Source of the DNA: a phage
Direction: 5' to 3' (one strand)
DNA: 64,000 nt
Sequence record: OZ336096.1
In this document: in pieces, positions 56,572 to 63,778 of the stretch
Layout of the letters: each line of letters starts with the position of its first letter
Numbering within the stretch: position 1 is the first letter of the stretch
Program-made: the position numbers and the translations under genes
The notes under the pieces: generated by a model
The model's input: the letters and a program-made list of their open reading frames with translations, nothing else
Told to the model about the DNA's origin: nothing
Database searches by the model: none

Positions 56572-56943
56572 ATGAAAAACAGAACAAACAAAGGCCAGTT
56601 TAAAAAAGGCCAGTCTGGGAACCCATCTGGAAGACCAAAAGGCTCTCGTAACAAAAGCTCACTCGTAAAAGCTCAACTGACCATTGATAATTCTGCTGAG
56701 TTTGCTGCAAAGTTGTTTGAGGCGATTGTTACAAGGGACGCTGCTAAGCTTGCAGAGTTCGGTTTGACGACTGACGATGTAAACCTGAAGTCGATGATGG
56801 AAGCTGGTAAAACTATCATGACCCACTCAGCAGGTGAGATGAAAGCGATTGCAGCAGACACTAAGAAGACCCCTGATAATGGTGGTCAGTCTCAGACAGA
56901 TAACAAACCAACGTTCTCTGCTGTAGCGACTCTCAAAAAATAA
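56572..56943 (+). CDS. hypothetical protein
   Basis: 123 aa; N-terminal basic motif FKKGQSGNPSGRPKGSRN. Confidence 0.45.
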   Translation: MKNRTNKGQFKKGQSGNPSGRPKGSRNKSSLVKAQLTIDNSAEFAAKLFEAIVTRDAAKLAEFGLTTDDVNLKSMMEAGKTIMTHSAGEMKAIAADTKKTPDNGGQSQTDNKPTFSAVATLKK

Positions 56944-57024
56944 TTTTAAAAGGTGTTGACAGACTCTACAAAGTTGCTCTAAAGTCTGTCACATCAAACA
57001 ACAAATGAGAGAAGAGAGTAAAAT

Positions 57025-58440
57025 ATGAGCGAATTATTTAAACATGCGCACCTTCATGCAGGTCGAACTGAAAATGGTGCTGTAAACCATACTTCATCAA
57101 TGTCTGCTCTTGTAGACTTTTACAAAGCTGCTGGTTCAAGCCGTAGCAACGTAGAAATCTTACCAGACCTGTTCTACAAAGCTTTGCGTGAAGATGTTGA
57201 TGTTGCAGTTCGTATTTTGCTTCACATGCGAGATGTACGAGAAGGTATGGGTGAGCGTAAAGCCTTCAGAACTGTTTTACTTCAAGCAATCGAAGATAAA
57301 GTTTTAGAGCCTACACAGGTTCTTCGTATTATGGATAAGATTGCAGAACTCGGTCGTTTTGATGACTTCAAAATCTTCGTGGGTACTCGTTTCGAGACAG
57401 ATGCCTTCAAGCATTTAGAAGCAGCATTACTAGACCCTGCAACAGCAGGTTTGGCAGCTAAGTGGTTACCACGAGTCAAACCACGTCATAAGCAGTTTGT
57501 AAAACGTTTCTGTAAGTTTGCCAACTTGAGTGAGAAAGAGTACCGCACACTGTTGTCTGCACTATCTGATACAGTTGAGCAAAAAATCTCTGCTAATGAT
57601 TTTGGTAAGATTGACTACAGCAAGATTCCTTCACTTGCTGCTGCACGTTACCAGAAGCTGTTTAACCGCAAGGATGGAGAACGCTACAAAGCTTACATTG
57701 AGTCCTTATCAAAGGGTGAGACTAAGATTAATGCTGGTGCTGTTTACCCATACGATGTGATTAAATCTGTTAAGCATGGTAATGCAGATGTTGCTAATGA
57801 GCAGTGGAAAGCACTACCAAACTGGATGGCAGAGGGTGAAAACATCTTGTGTATGACTGATGTTTCAGGCTCAATGTCTTGGGTGAATCTTGGTTCAATC
57901 ACCGCCCTTGATATTGGTGTATCACTTGCCTTGTATGTAGCAGAACGTAATACAGGTTGCTTTAAGGATGAGTTAATGGTTTATTCAACAAACCCTTACT
58001 TCATCGAACTGAGTGGTGATTTACGAAACCGTCATCGTCAGGTGATGCGACATGTTGAATATGGCTCAACTAACTTACAAGCAGCTTTTGACCGCATTCT
58101 TGAGACAGGTAAAAGAAATAACTTGACTCAGAAAGATATGCCAAGTAAGCTTATCATCTTCTCCGATATGGAGTTCAATCAGGTTGATGGAGCTAACGGT
58201 CGTACAAACTTTGAAGCAATTCAGAGTAAGTACAAAAAAGCTGGATATGAGATGCCACAACTGGTATTCTGGTACTTAGCAAACCGTAATGGTACTTGCG
58301 AAGTGTCTGTTAAGGATAACGGTGTAGCAATGGTATCTGGTTTCTCTCCAGCCACTTTAAAAGCTCTGCTTGGTGGTGAGAAGTTTGACCCAATCAGCGT
58401 AATGCTCAAAGCAGTAATGATTGACCGTTATATCTGGTAA
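57025..58440 (+). CDS. von Willebrand factor A domain protein with N-terminal helical domain (possibly Ro60/TROVE-like)
   Basis: 471 aa; MIDAS-like DVSGSM in ILCMTDVSGSMSW and downstream vWA-like pattern; helical N-terminal ~270 aa. Confidence 0.5.
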   Translation: MSELFKHAHLHAGRTENGAVNHTSSMSALVDFYKAAGSSRSNVEILPDLFYKALREDVDVAVRILLHMRDVREGMGERKAFRTVLLQAIEDKVLEPTQVLRIMDKIAELGRFDDFKIFVGTRFETDAFKHLEAALLDPATAGLAAKWLPRVKPRHKQFVKRFCKFANLSEKEYRTLLSALSDTVEQKISANDFGKIDYSKIPSLAAARYQKLFNRKDGERYKAYIESLSKGETKINAGAVYPYDVIKSVKHGNADVANEQWKALPNWMAEGENILCMTDVSGSMSWVNLGSITALDIGVSLALYVAERNTGCFKDELMVYSTNPYFIELSGDLRNRHRQVMRHVEYGSTNLQAAFDRILETGKRNNLTQKDMPSKLIIFSDMEFNQVDGANGRTNFEAIQSKYKKAGYEMPQLVFWYLANRNGTCEVSVKDNGVAMVSGFSPATLKALLGGEKFDPISVMLKAVMIDRYIW

Positions 58441-58458
58441 AAAGTTTTAAAAAGGGTA

Positions 58459-58487
58459 TTGACAATGTGTTTGATACCCTTTAATAT
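58459..58487 (+). promoter_or_regulatory. sigma70-like promoter upstream of tRNA cluster
   Basis: TTGACA - 17 nt - TAATAT; weaker second candidate at 58550-58578. Confidence 0.45.
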
Positions 58488-58605
58488 GTTCTACATAGAA
58501 ACGAAACGAGAGCTTTTCTAAGATACTGAAAAATATTTTAAAAAAGTTCTTGACAATCACTAAAAAATAATGTTAAAGTGGTTACATAGAGTTTGAAAAG
58601 TTTAT

Positions 58606-58682
58606 CTCTGTTTAGCTCAGCTTGGTAGAGCGTTCCGTTTGGGGCGGTAAGGCCGGAGGTTCAAGTCCTCCAACAGAGACCA
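58606..58682 (+). tRNA. tRNA-Pro (anticodon UGG)
   Basis: 7 bp acceptor CTCTGTT/AACAGAG, D-arm TAGCTCAGCTTGGTAGAGC, T-loop GGTTCAAGTCC, CCA encoded; hand-folded. Confidence 0.6.
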
Positions 58683-58689
58683 AATTAAT

Positions 58690-58767
58690 GTTCCAGTAGA
58701 CAAAACGGTAAAGTCACCACTCTTTCAAAGTGGATATTTGAGGGTTCAAATCCCTTCTGGAACGCCA
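58690..58767 (+). tRNA. tRNA-Glu (UUC)
   Basis: Acceptor GTTCCAG/CTGGAAC, anticodon loop CTTTCAA, T-loop GGTTCAAATCC. Confidence 0.7.
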
Positions 58768-58858
58768 GTTTTGACAGAAGACCAATTGCAGCAAACTTAA
58801 TCTTATTCATCTGACACGAAATCGGACAAAGAAGAGATTTGGTCTGGTCATTAAGAAT

Positions 58859-58935
58859 TGCGGGTATAGAGAAAGGGCGTCTCACATGTCTCATTAGCAT
58901 GGTATCGGCAGGTTCGACTCCTGCACCCGCCTCCA
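58859..58935 (+). tRNA. tRNA-Met (CAU)
   Basis: Anticodon stem CATGT/GCATG, loop CTCATTA, T-loop GGTTCGACTCC; 1-72 mismatch. Confidence 0.55.
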
Positions 58936-59012
58936 ATTTTGCAGAAGACCGTATTCAGCAACAAAATACTTTTTGCGGATAAAAGAAAAAACACGGTCTG
59001 GCAATGTATTAA

Positions 59013-59089
59013 GGTTAGGAAGCACATAAGGTATGTGCGGTCGCCTGTTAAGCGAATGGCACAGGGTTCGAATCCCTGACTAACCGCCA
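59013..59089 (+). tRNA. tRNA-Asn (GUU)
   Basis: Acceptor GGTTAGG, loop CTGTTAA, T-loop GGTTCGAATCC. Confidence 0.65.
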
Positions 59090-59098
59090 AATTTAAAT

Positions 59099-59186
59099 GT
59101 GTCGTTATCCCGTAGATGGTAGCGGTGGGGACTGTAAATCCCTTGTCATTGAGACTCGGTAGGTTCGACTCCTACACGGCACACCA
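59099..59186 (+). tRNA. tRNA-Tyr (GUA), long variable arm
   Basis: Acceptor GTGTCGT/ACGGCAC, loop CTGTAAA, long variable arm, T-loop GGTTCGACTCC. Confidence 0.65.
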
Positions 59187-59192
59187 AATAAA

Positions 59193-59270
59193 GGTTATGT
59201 AGTTTAATCTGGTTAAAATACTCCCCTGTCACGGGAGATGATGAGGGTTCAAATCCCTTCGTAACCGCCA
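59193..59270 (+). tRNA. tRNA-Asp (GUC)
   Basis: Acceptor GGTTATG/CGTAACC, AC stem CTCCC/GGGAG, loop CTGTCAC. Confidence 0.7.
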
Positions 59271-59493
59271 AATTATAATAAGTATTTCAAGATGATGTTT
59301 TGAGAGGGCTATTTAGCCCCTCCCTTAAAGAGTTCTTACGAGTATTCTTTAAAGGAGCAGAAGACCAAATTCAGCAAGTACGTATGATATTTTCAAGCCA
59401 ATTTAATTTTGAAAAATTTAAAACTTGGTCTGGCTCAACAGATTTACAGAAGACCGTTTACAGCAAAACTTAAACAATCTATTTCTCCGGTAA

Positions 59494-59556
59494 AGAAAAG
59501 GCGAAGGTTCGATTCCTTCACTCGGCAGATGTCGAGTTGGTGTAATGGTAGCACTT
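59494..59556 (+). pseudogene. tRNA-like halves in permuted order (3' half then 5' half)
   Basis: GGCGAAGGTTCGATTCCTTCACTCGGCAG (T-arm + 3' acceptor) immediately followed by GTCGAGTTGGTGTAATGGTAGCAC (5' acceptor + D-arm); the two acceptor strands are complementary to each other. Confidence 0.35.
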
Positions 59557-59727
59557 AAGATGATAAACAACGGTCTGGTAATTATCTTTGTAGATAAGTT
59601 ATTAAGCTTACCTGTGAGTATGCGACCACAAAGGGTGAAAGGGTAAATTCTAGATTTAAACCCAACAAGGCACATCGCTACAGACCTTAAGCAAGTCTGG
59701 GTAGCTTATCTACAAAGATAATTTAAT

Positions 59728-59803
59728 GGAAGTGTAGCAGAATGGTGATGCGGCAGACTTTTAATCTGACAGGCGATGGGTTCGAATCCCTCCACTTCTA
59801 CCA
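59728..59803 (+). tRNA. tRNA-Lys (UUU)
   Basis: Acceptor GGAAGTG/CACTTCT, loop CTTTTAA, T-loop GGTTCGAATCC. Confidence 0.6.
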
Positions 59804-59807
59804 ATAT

Positions 59808-59884
59808 GGTTCAGTCGCAGATAAGGTAATGCAGGGGTCTCATAAGCCCTATGAATGTGGGTTCGATTCCCATCTGAACCTCCA
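59808..59884 (+). tRNA. tRNA with CAU anticodon (Met or lysidine-Ile)
   Basis: Acceptor GGTTCAG/CTGAACC, loop CTCATAA, T-loop GGTTCGATTCC. Confidence 0.6.
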
Positions 59885-59885
59885 A

Positions 59886-59961
59886 GCTGGTATAGTTAAG
59901 AAGGTTATAACACTCCCCTGATAAGGGAACATCGGTGGTTCGATTCCACCTACCAGTACCA
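59886..59961 (+). tRNA. tRNA-Ile (GAU)
   Basis: Acceptor GCTGGTA/TACCAGT, loop CTGATAA, T-loop GGTTCGATTCC. Confidence 0.65.
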
Positions 59962-60298
59962 ATTTCAATAAAGTTGTTGACATTGAGATGTGACCACTTT
60001 TTAGTAACTAAAATACTTCATAATATGTATAATTCAAACACCAATACATGAGCGTTAGACGTAACACAATGTGGGGAAATTTGTTGTACATATTCTGAAT
60101 AGTTTTCGTTGCGTAGCGTCTATTTTGCAAATTTAAAATAAATGCAAACGACAATGTTTTTCTGGCAGTAGCTTGATAGGCTAAACACCAGTGAGGTCTT
60201 CCAATCCCTCATCAAAGAATTTGGCGTACTAGCCCACGGTATGATTAATAAAGTGGGCATCTTTAAGGGCTTTCTAAGAGAGTCTTTAAAGATAATTA

Positions 60299-60380
60299 CG
60301 GGGCGTATCTCAGCTGTCTTCTAAACAGCCGTTAACCGAGTAAGTGGAGTATGCGGGTTCGAGTCCTGCCGCCTCGACCA
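60299..60380 (+). tRNA. atypical tRNA-like gene, possibly tRNA-Arg (UCU)
   Basis: Acceptor CGGGGCG/CGCCTCG + ACCA, T-loop GGTTCGAGTCC, perfect anticodon hairpin GCTGT-CTTCTAA-ACAGC, but no recognisable D-arm and a long segment after the anticodon arm. Confidence 0.35.
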
Positions 60381-60523
60381 ATTTAGTTAGCAGATTACTT
60401 AGACGACCTAAGCGGGTCTTCCTGTAGGGAGGTGGTCTGTATCTCATGTTTTCCAGAACATGTAAATAATCTGAGAAGAAGCTTGACAGTGTTGAGATAA
60501 TACGGTAAGCTTCGAATTATAGT

Positions 60524-60606
60524 ATGGGACGATGTTAAGACTCTAAGGCATGAGCAACGGCTTCCAACACCGTTTCAAAGGGGTTCAACTCCTCCGTCCC
60601 ATGCCA
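60524..60606 (+). tRNA. atypical tRNA-like gene, possibly tRNA-Trp (CCA)
   Basis: Acceptor ATGGGAC/GTCCCAT + GCCA, T-loop GGTTCAACTCC; anticodon region AACGG-CTTCCAACA-CCGTT allows a 7 nt loop (CCA) or a 9 nt loop; extra nucleotides in the D region. Confidence 0.4.
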
Positions 60607-60619
60607 AAGTCTTATTAGG

Positions 60620-60709
60620 GGTAGGTAGCGGCTAATGGTAGCCAAACTGTCTTGAAAACAGTTGCCACTGTAGAGATACGGTGAGGGTTCGACTCCTTTA
60701 CTTACCGCC
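60620..60709 (+). tRNA. tRNA-Ser (UGA), long variable arm
   Basis: AC stem ACTGT/ACAGT, loop CTTGAAA, long variable arm, T-loop GGTTCGACTCC; 3' end GCC (CCA not fully encoded). Confidence 0.65.
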
Positions 60710-60862
60710 TAATAAGATTTAAAGCCAAGCTTCATTCGGATGTTGCTTTGGTATCCCTCGTGTTGTCGAACACACTAATAAAGCACCTAGTAGGTGTCAC
60801 GGAGAAGAGATAATATCAAGCTCTCCAAAGGTCCTAGTCACCGGATTAAACAAGACTATGCA

Positions 60863-60884
60863 AAGACCTTTTTAGGTCTTTTTA
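60863..60884 (+). terminator. intrinsic terminator
   Basis: AAGACCTTTTTAGGTCTT hairpin followed by TTT. Confidence 0.5.
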
Positions 60885-60962
60885 GAGGGCTTCTAAGGTT
60901 ATTGCAGCTTGTTGTGGAACCTTGTTGCTTAGGTTCTTAGAAGTTCTCTAAAAAGATTTAAT

Positions 60963-61040
60963 GGGAGATTGACGGTAATTGGTAAACCTACCATCCTTAG
61001 AAGTTGGTGTTTGAGGGTTCGAATCCCTTGTCTCCTACCA
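60963..61040 (+). tRNA. tRNA with UAG anticodon (Leu-type), short variable arm
   Basis: Acceptor GGGAGAT/GTCTCCT, loop CTTAGAA, T-loop GGTTCGAATCC, discriminator A. Confidence 0.5.
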
Positions 61041-61047
61041 AATTAAT

Positions 61048-61123
61048 GCAGGTGTAGCAAAATGGTTATGCGGCTGACTCTTAATCAGTAAGACGATGGG
61101 TTCAATTCCCTCCACCTGTACCA
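61048..61123 (+). tRNA. tRNA-Lys (CUU)
   Basis: Acceptor GCAGGTG/CACCTGT, loop CTCTTAA, T-loop GGTTCAATTCC. Confidence 0.6.
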
Positions 61124-61129
61124 AACATT

Positions 61130-61205
61130 GGGGATGTAGTTTACATGGTTAAAACATAAGTTTTGCAAACTTAAGTACAGGGTTCAATTCCCTGCTTCTC
61201 CACCA
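61130..61205 (+). tRNA. tRNA-Ala (UGC)
   Basis: AC stem TAAGT/ACTTA, loop TTTGCAA, T-loop GGTTCAATTCC. Confidence 0.65.
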
Positions 61206-61211
61206 ATTAGT

Positions 61212-61286
61212 GCATCCATAGTTTAAACGGGAAAATTACAGTCTTCCAAACTGAGGTTGAGGGTTCGATTCCCTCTGGATGCTCCA
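61212..61286 (+). tRNA. tRNA-Gly (UCC)
   Basis: Perfect acceptor GCATCCA/TGGATGC, loop CTTCCAA, T-loop GGTTCGATTCC. Confidence 0.7.
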
Positions 61287-61293
61287 AATTAAT

Positions 61294-61370
61294 GCTGCTT
61301 TCGTATAATTGGCTATTACACATCCCTTGTAAGGATGGAAATGCAGGTTCGAGTCCTGTGAGCAGCACCA
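61294..61370 (+). tRNA. tRNA-Thr (UGU)
   Basis: Acceptor GCTGCTT/GAGCAGC, AC stem CATCC/GGATG, loop CTTGTAA, T-loop GGTTCGAGTCC. Confidence 0.75.
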
Positions 61371-61465
61371 ATTCAGAGGTCAAGTGAAAGACCGCTGGTG
61401 TCAACTGAAGACCGTAACAAATTCCACGGAGTTGAGTTAGCGGCACAACTTCAGACCTCTTCCAT

Positions 61466-61540
61466 ACTCGCTTAGTTTATATGGTAAAACATCACCCTTA
61501 CAAGATGAAGAAAAAGGTTCAAGTCCTTTAGTGAGTACCA
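61466..61540 (+). tRNA. tRNA-Val (UAC)
   Basis: Acceptor ACTCGCT/AGTGAGT, loop CTTACAA, T-loop GGTTCAAGTCC. Confidence 0.65.
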
Positions 61541-61541
61541 T

Positions 61542-61619
61542 GTTCCAGTATCCCAATTGGCAGAGGATGCAAGCTCAAACCTTGTACTAGTGACGGTTCG
61601 AATCCGTCTTGGAACACCA
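61542..61619 (+). tRNA. tRNA with CAA anticodon (Leu-type), short variable arm
   Basis: Acceptor GTTCCAG/TTGGAAC, AC stem GCAAG/CTTGT, loop CTCAAAC, T-loop GGTTCGAATCC, discriminator A. Confidence 0.5.
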
Positions 61620-61638
61620 ATTTTAAGAGGCTATTTAG

Positions 61639-62196
61639 ATGAGATATTTGAAGTATGCTTCATGGATTTTCCTAGCTTTACTAGAACCATTTGCAGCAAC
61701 CCTAGCAGTCATCTTAGCACCTTTCGTAGTTCCATTCTACAGTGAGAAGAAAGGACATCTACCTTTTGGATTCAGATGGATGGAGACCTATGACAACCCG
61801 ATTGATGGTGATGAAGGCCACGTTAAAAGATGGGCTAAGGTTAGAAAGATTGGTAAGCTGGGTGTCTACATGCAGAGAGTTGGATGGCTCTGGAGAAACA
61901 AAGCTTATAACTTCTCTTACCATGTATTAGGAAGAGATGTAAAAGATGTTACTAAGTGGAAAGGTAATATCAACGTAAGTTCTGACCCTGAAGATAATCA
62001 GACTGGTTATCTCCTAATGTGGAACAGTAATGCTTGGGGATTATTCGCTTTTATCCCATCAATTAAAGTCTTTGGTAAACAGTTTTACTGGAGAATTTAT
62101 ATTGGATGGAAACTAAAAAGTGTTGTCCCAGAAGAAAGAGCATTCTCAAGGGGAAGAGTTATGTTGGCATTCTTTATTCATCCACTGAGAAAGTAA
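61639..62196 (+). CDS. hypothetical membrane-anchored protein embedded in the tRNA cluster
   Basis: 185 aa ORF with AAGAGG RBS; N-terminal hydrophobic helix. Confidence 0.5.
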   Translation: MRYLKYASWIFLALLEPFAATLAVILAPFVVPFYSEKKGHLPFGFRWMETYDNPIDGDEGHVKRWAKVRKIGKLGVYMQRVGWLWRNKAYNFSYHVLGRDVKDVTKWKGNINVSSDPEDNQTGYLLMWNSNAWGLFAFIPSIKVFGKQFYWRIYIGWKLKSVVPEERAFSRGRVMLAFFIHPLRK

Positions 62197-62204
62197 AGAT
62201 TTAA

Positions 62205-62280
62205 AGGGGATTAGTTTACAAGGTTAAAACCTCGGTCTTTGAAATCGAAGAAGTTGGTTCAATTCCAACATCCCCCGCCA
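62205..62280 (+). tRNA. tRNA-Gln (UUG)
   Basis: D-stem GTTT/AAAC, AC stem TCGGT/ATCGA, loop CTTTGAA, T-loop GGTTCAATTCC. Confidence 0.6.
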
Positions 62281-62282
62281 AT

Positions 62283-62361
62283 GCTCCATTACTCCAATTG
62301 GCAGAGAGGCCAGACTTAAAATCTGTGTTATGTATCGGTTCGAATCCGATATGGAGTACCA
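62283..62361 (+). tRNA. tRNA with UAA anticodon (Leu-type), short variable arm
   Basis: Acceptor GCTCCAT/ATGGAGT, loop CTTAAAA, T-loop GGTTCGAATCC, discriminator A. Confidence 0.5.
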
Positions 62362-62366
62362 AATTT

Positions 62367-62442
62367 AGCGGTATAGCATAACTGGCAATGCAGCAGTCTC
62401 TGAAGCTGTCCTATTAAGGTTCAAATCCTTATGCCGCTGCCA
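62367..62442 (+). tRNA. tRNA-Gln (CUG)
   Basis: Acceptor AGCGGTA/TGCCGCT, loop CTCTGAA, T-loop GGTTCAAATCC. Confidence 0.6.
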
Positions 62443-62473
62443 CTTCTAAGGTTTCTTACGAGAGTCCTTAAAT

Positions 62474-62549
62474 GTGGCCTTATCATAAATGGTAATGACC
62501 CATGCTGTGAACATGGTCTATACGGGTTCAAATCCCGTAGGTCACCCCA
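62474..62549 (+). tRNA. tRNA-His (GUG)
   Basis: D-stem TCAT/ATGA, AC stem CCATG/CATGG, loop CTGTGAA, T-loop GGTTCAAATCC. Confidence 0.75.
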
Positions 62550-62555
62550 ATTTAT

Positions 62556-62631
62556 AGTCCAAGTGGCTTATATGGTTAAAGCGCGTGTCTGAAAAACATG
62601 AGAAGAGGGTTCAAATCCCACTGGACTACCA
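62556..62631 (+). tRNA. tRNA-Phe (GAA)
   Basis: Acceptor TAGTCCA/TGGACTA, loop CTGAAAA, T-loop GGTTCAAATCC. Confidence 0.6.
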
Positions 62632-62647
62632 ATTTCAAAGGTGCTTA

Positions 62648-63382
62648 ATGAAAGAGATGACAGAACAAGGTAAGGAGATTTTTAATCTCTTAAAAACCGG
62701 TAAAGGGTTTTCTAATCCCCTTATTACTGGTGCAGCAGTTCTAGGTGGAACCGTGGCTGCCTCTACATCACTTGTAAGCTCTATTAGCTCTGTAACAGAC
62801 CCTACAATGAAGGATAAACTTGTTGCTGCTGGACTTACAACAGTCCTTCTAAACAGCTTTACAACAAGCCTGACAAGCACTACAGCAACTACTAAGACCC
62901 TAACAGACTATGGTCAAAAATCTATTGATGAGTTTTCATCACGTATGCAGGTAGCAAAGGGATACTCCAATGTTATGGGTGCAGCAGGAGAACAAGTTGG
63001 TTGTACACCATTCAGTGGTATTATGGGTGTTGCTACAGAGTATGGTCAAAAAGCTATTGACATGATGAACAGTACACTAGATAGTGTTAATGGTGTGTTA
63101 AGTGACTTACAGGACGCTATTGACAAGGGTCTTGATACTGTTTCTGATTTAGCTAACCAAGCTGTCAGTAAGATTAATGAAGGTATCTCAAAGATTACAG
63201 CTTATGCAGATGAAGTTGTGCAGATGATTGAAGAAGAGGCTGCCCTTATTGCAGAGTACCTTAAAACGAATATCAATGGGTTCTTAGCAGGTATCTTACC
63301 AGACTGGTTTGATGATGCTTGTAAAACTGGTGTAATTGACACTATTGCAACACCAGAAATGAAGAACGCATTACAGAAATAA
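62648..63382 (+). CDS. hypothetical Ser/Thr-rich protein embedded in the tRNA cluster
   Basis: ORF 62585-63382 trimmed to ATG 62648 so it no longer overlaps tRNA-Phe; hydrophobic segment ITGAAVLGGTVAAS; stop abuts tRNA-Ser. Confidence 0.45.
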   Translation: MKEMTEQGKEIFNLLKTGKGFSNPLITGAAVLGGTVAASTSLVSSISSVTDPTMKDKLVAAGLTTVLLNSFTTSLTSTTATTKTLTDYGQKSIDEFSSRMQVAKGYSNVMGAAGEQVGCTPFSGIMGVATEYGQKAIDMMNSTLDSVNGVLSDLQDAIDKGLDTVSDLANQAVSKINEGISKITAYADEVVQMIEEEAALIAEYLKTNINGFLAGILPDWFDDACKTGVIDTIATPEMKNALQK

Positions 63383-63383
63383 T

Positions 63384-63476
63384 GGAAGATTAACCCTAAA
63401 AGGTAAGGGAGCAGTTTGCTAAACTGCCAGTAGCTGAGAAATCGGTGTACCAGTTCAAGTCTGGTATCTTCCTCCA
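63384..63476 (+). tRNA. tRNA-Ser (GCU), long variable arm
   Basis: Perfect acceptor GGAAGAT/ATCTTCC, AC stem GCAGT/ACTGC, loop TTGCTAA, long variable arm, T-loop AGTTCAAGTCT. Confidence 0.8.
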
Positions 63477-63480
63477 ATTT

Positions 63481-63555
63481 GAATCCGTGACAGAAATGGA
63501 TATGTGCCTGTCTGCAAAACAGGTTTATAAGGGTTCGAGTCCCTTCGGATTCTCC
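63481..63555 (+). tRNA. tRNA-Cys (GCA)
   Basis: Perfect acceptor GAATCCG/CGGATTC, AC stem CCTGT/ACAGG, loop CTGCAAA, T-loop GGTTCGAGTCC. Confidence 0.8.
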
Positions 63556-63593
63556 AAGTTATTTTACTCTCTCTCAATTAAAATAATAATAAT

Positions 63594-63654
63594 GCCCTGC
63601 TATAAGTATTCTTCCTTTCGCTACCGAAGAGTATTTTTAGACAGGGCTTTTTTA
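63594..63654 (+). terminator. intrinsic terminator at end of tRNA cluster
   Basis: Long hairpin GCCCTG...CAGGGC followed by TTTTTT; second terminator GACGGTCTCTGTGCCGTC + TTTTTT at 63720-63743. Confidence 0.55.
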
Positions 63655-63778
63655 CAGAGTTATACTTTATAGGAAGACTTATACAGTATGTCTCTGACGT
63701 ACATTGTGGTTTCTCCTTGACGGTCTCTGTGCCGTCTTTTTTAAGGGGAAACAATATTAATTATTTGGAGAAAACATA

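Noticed and set aside
58685-61446. Minus-strand ORFs (58685-58936, 58851-59090, 59418-59675, 61207-61446) across the tRNA cluster
   Set aside because: They overlap several well-formed plus-strand tRNA genes; the translations are Gly/Pro/Ser-rich read-through of tRNA stems.
62585-62647. 5' extension of ORF 62585-63382 as given in the ORF track
   Set aside because: The extension overlaps the 3' half of tRNA-Phe; an internal ATG at 62648 preceded by AAAGG gives a start that clears the tRNA.
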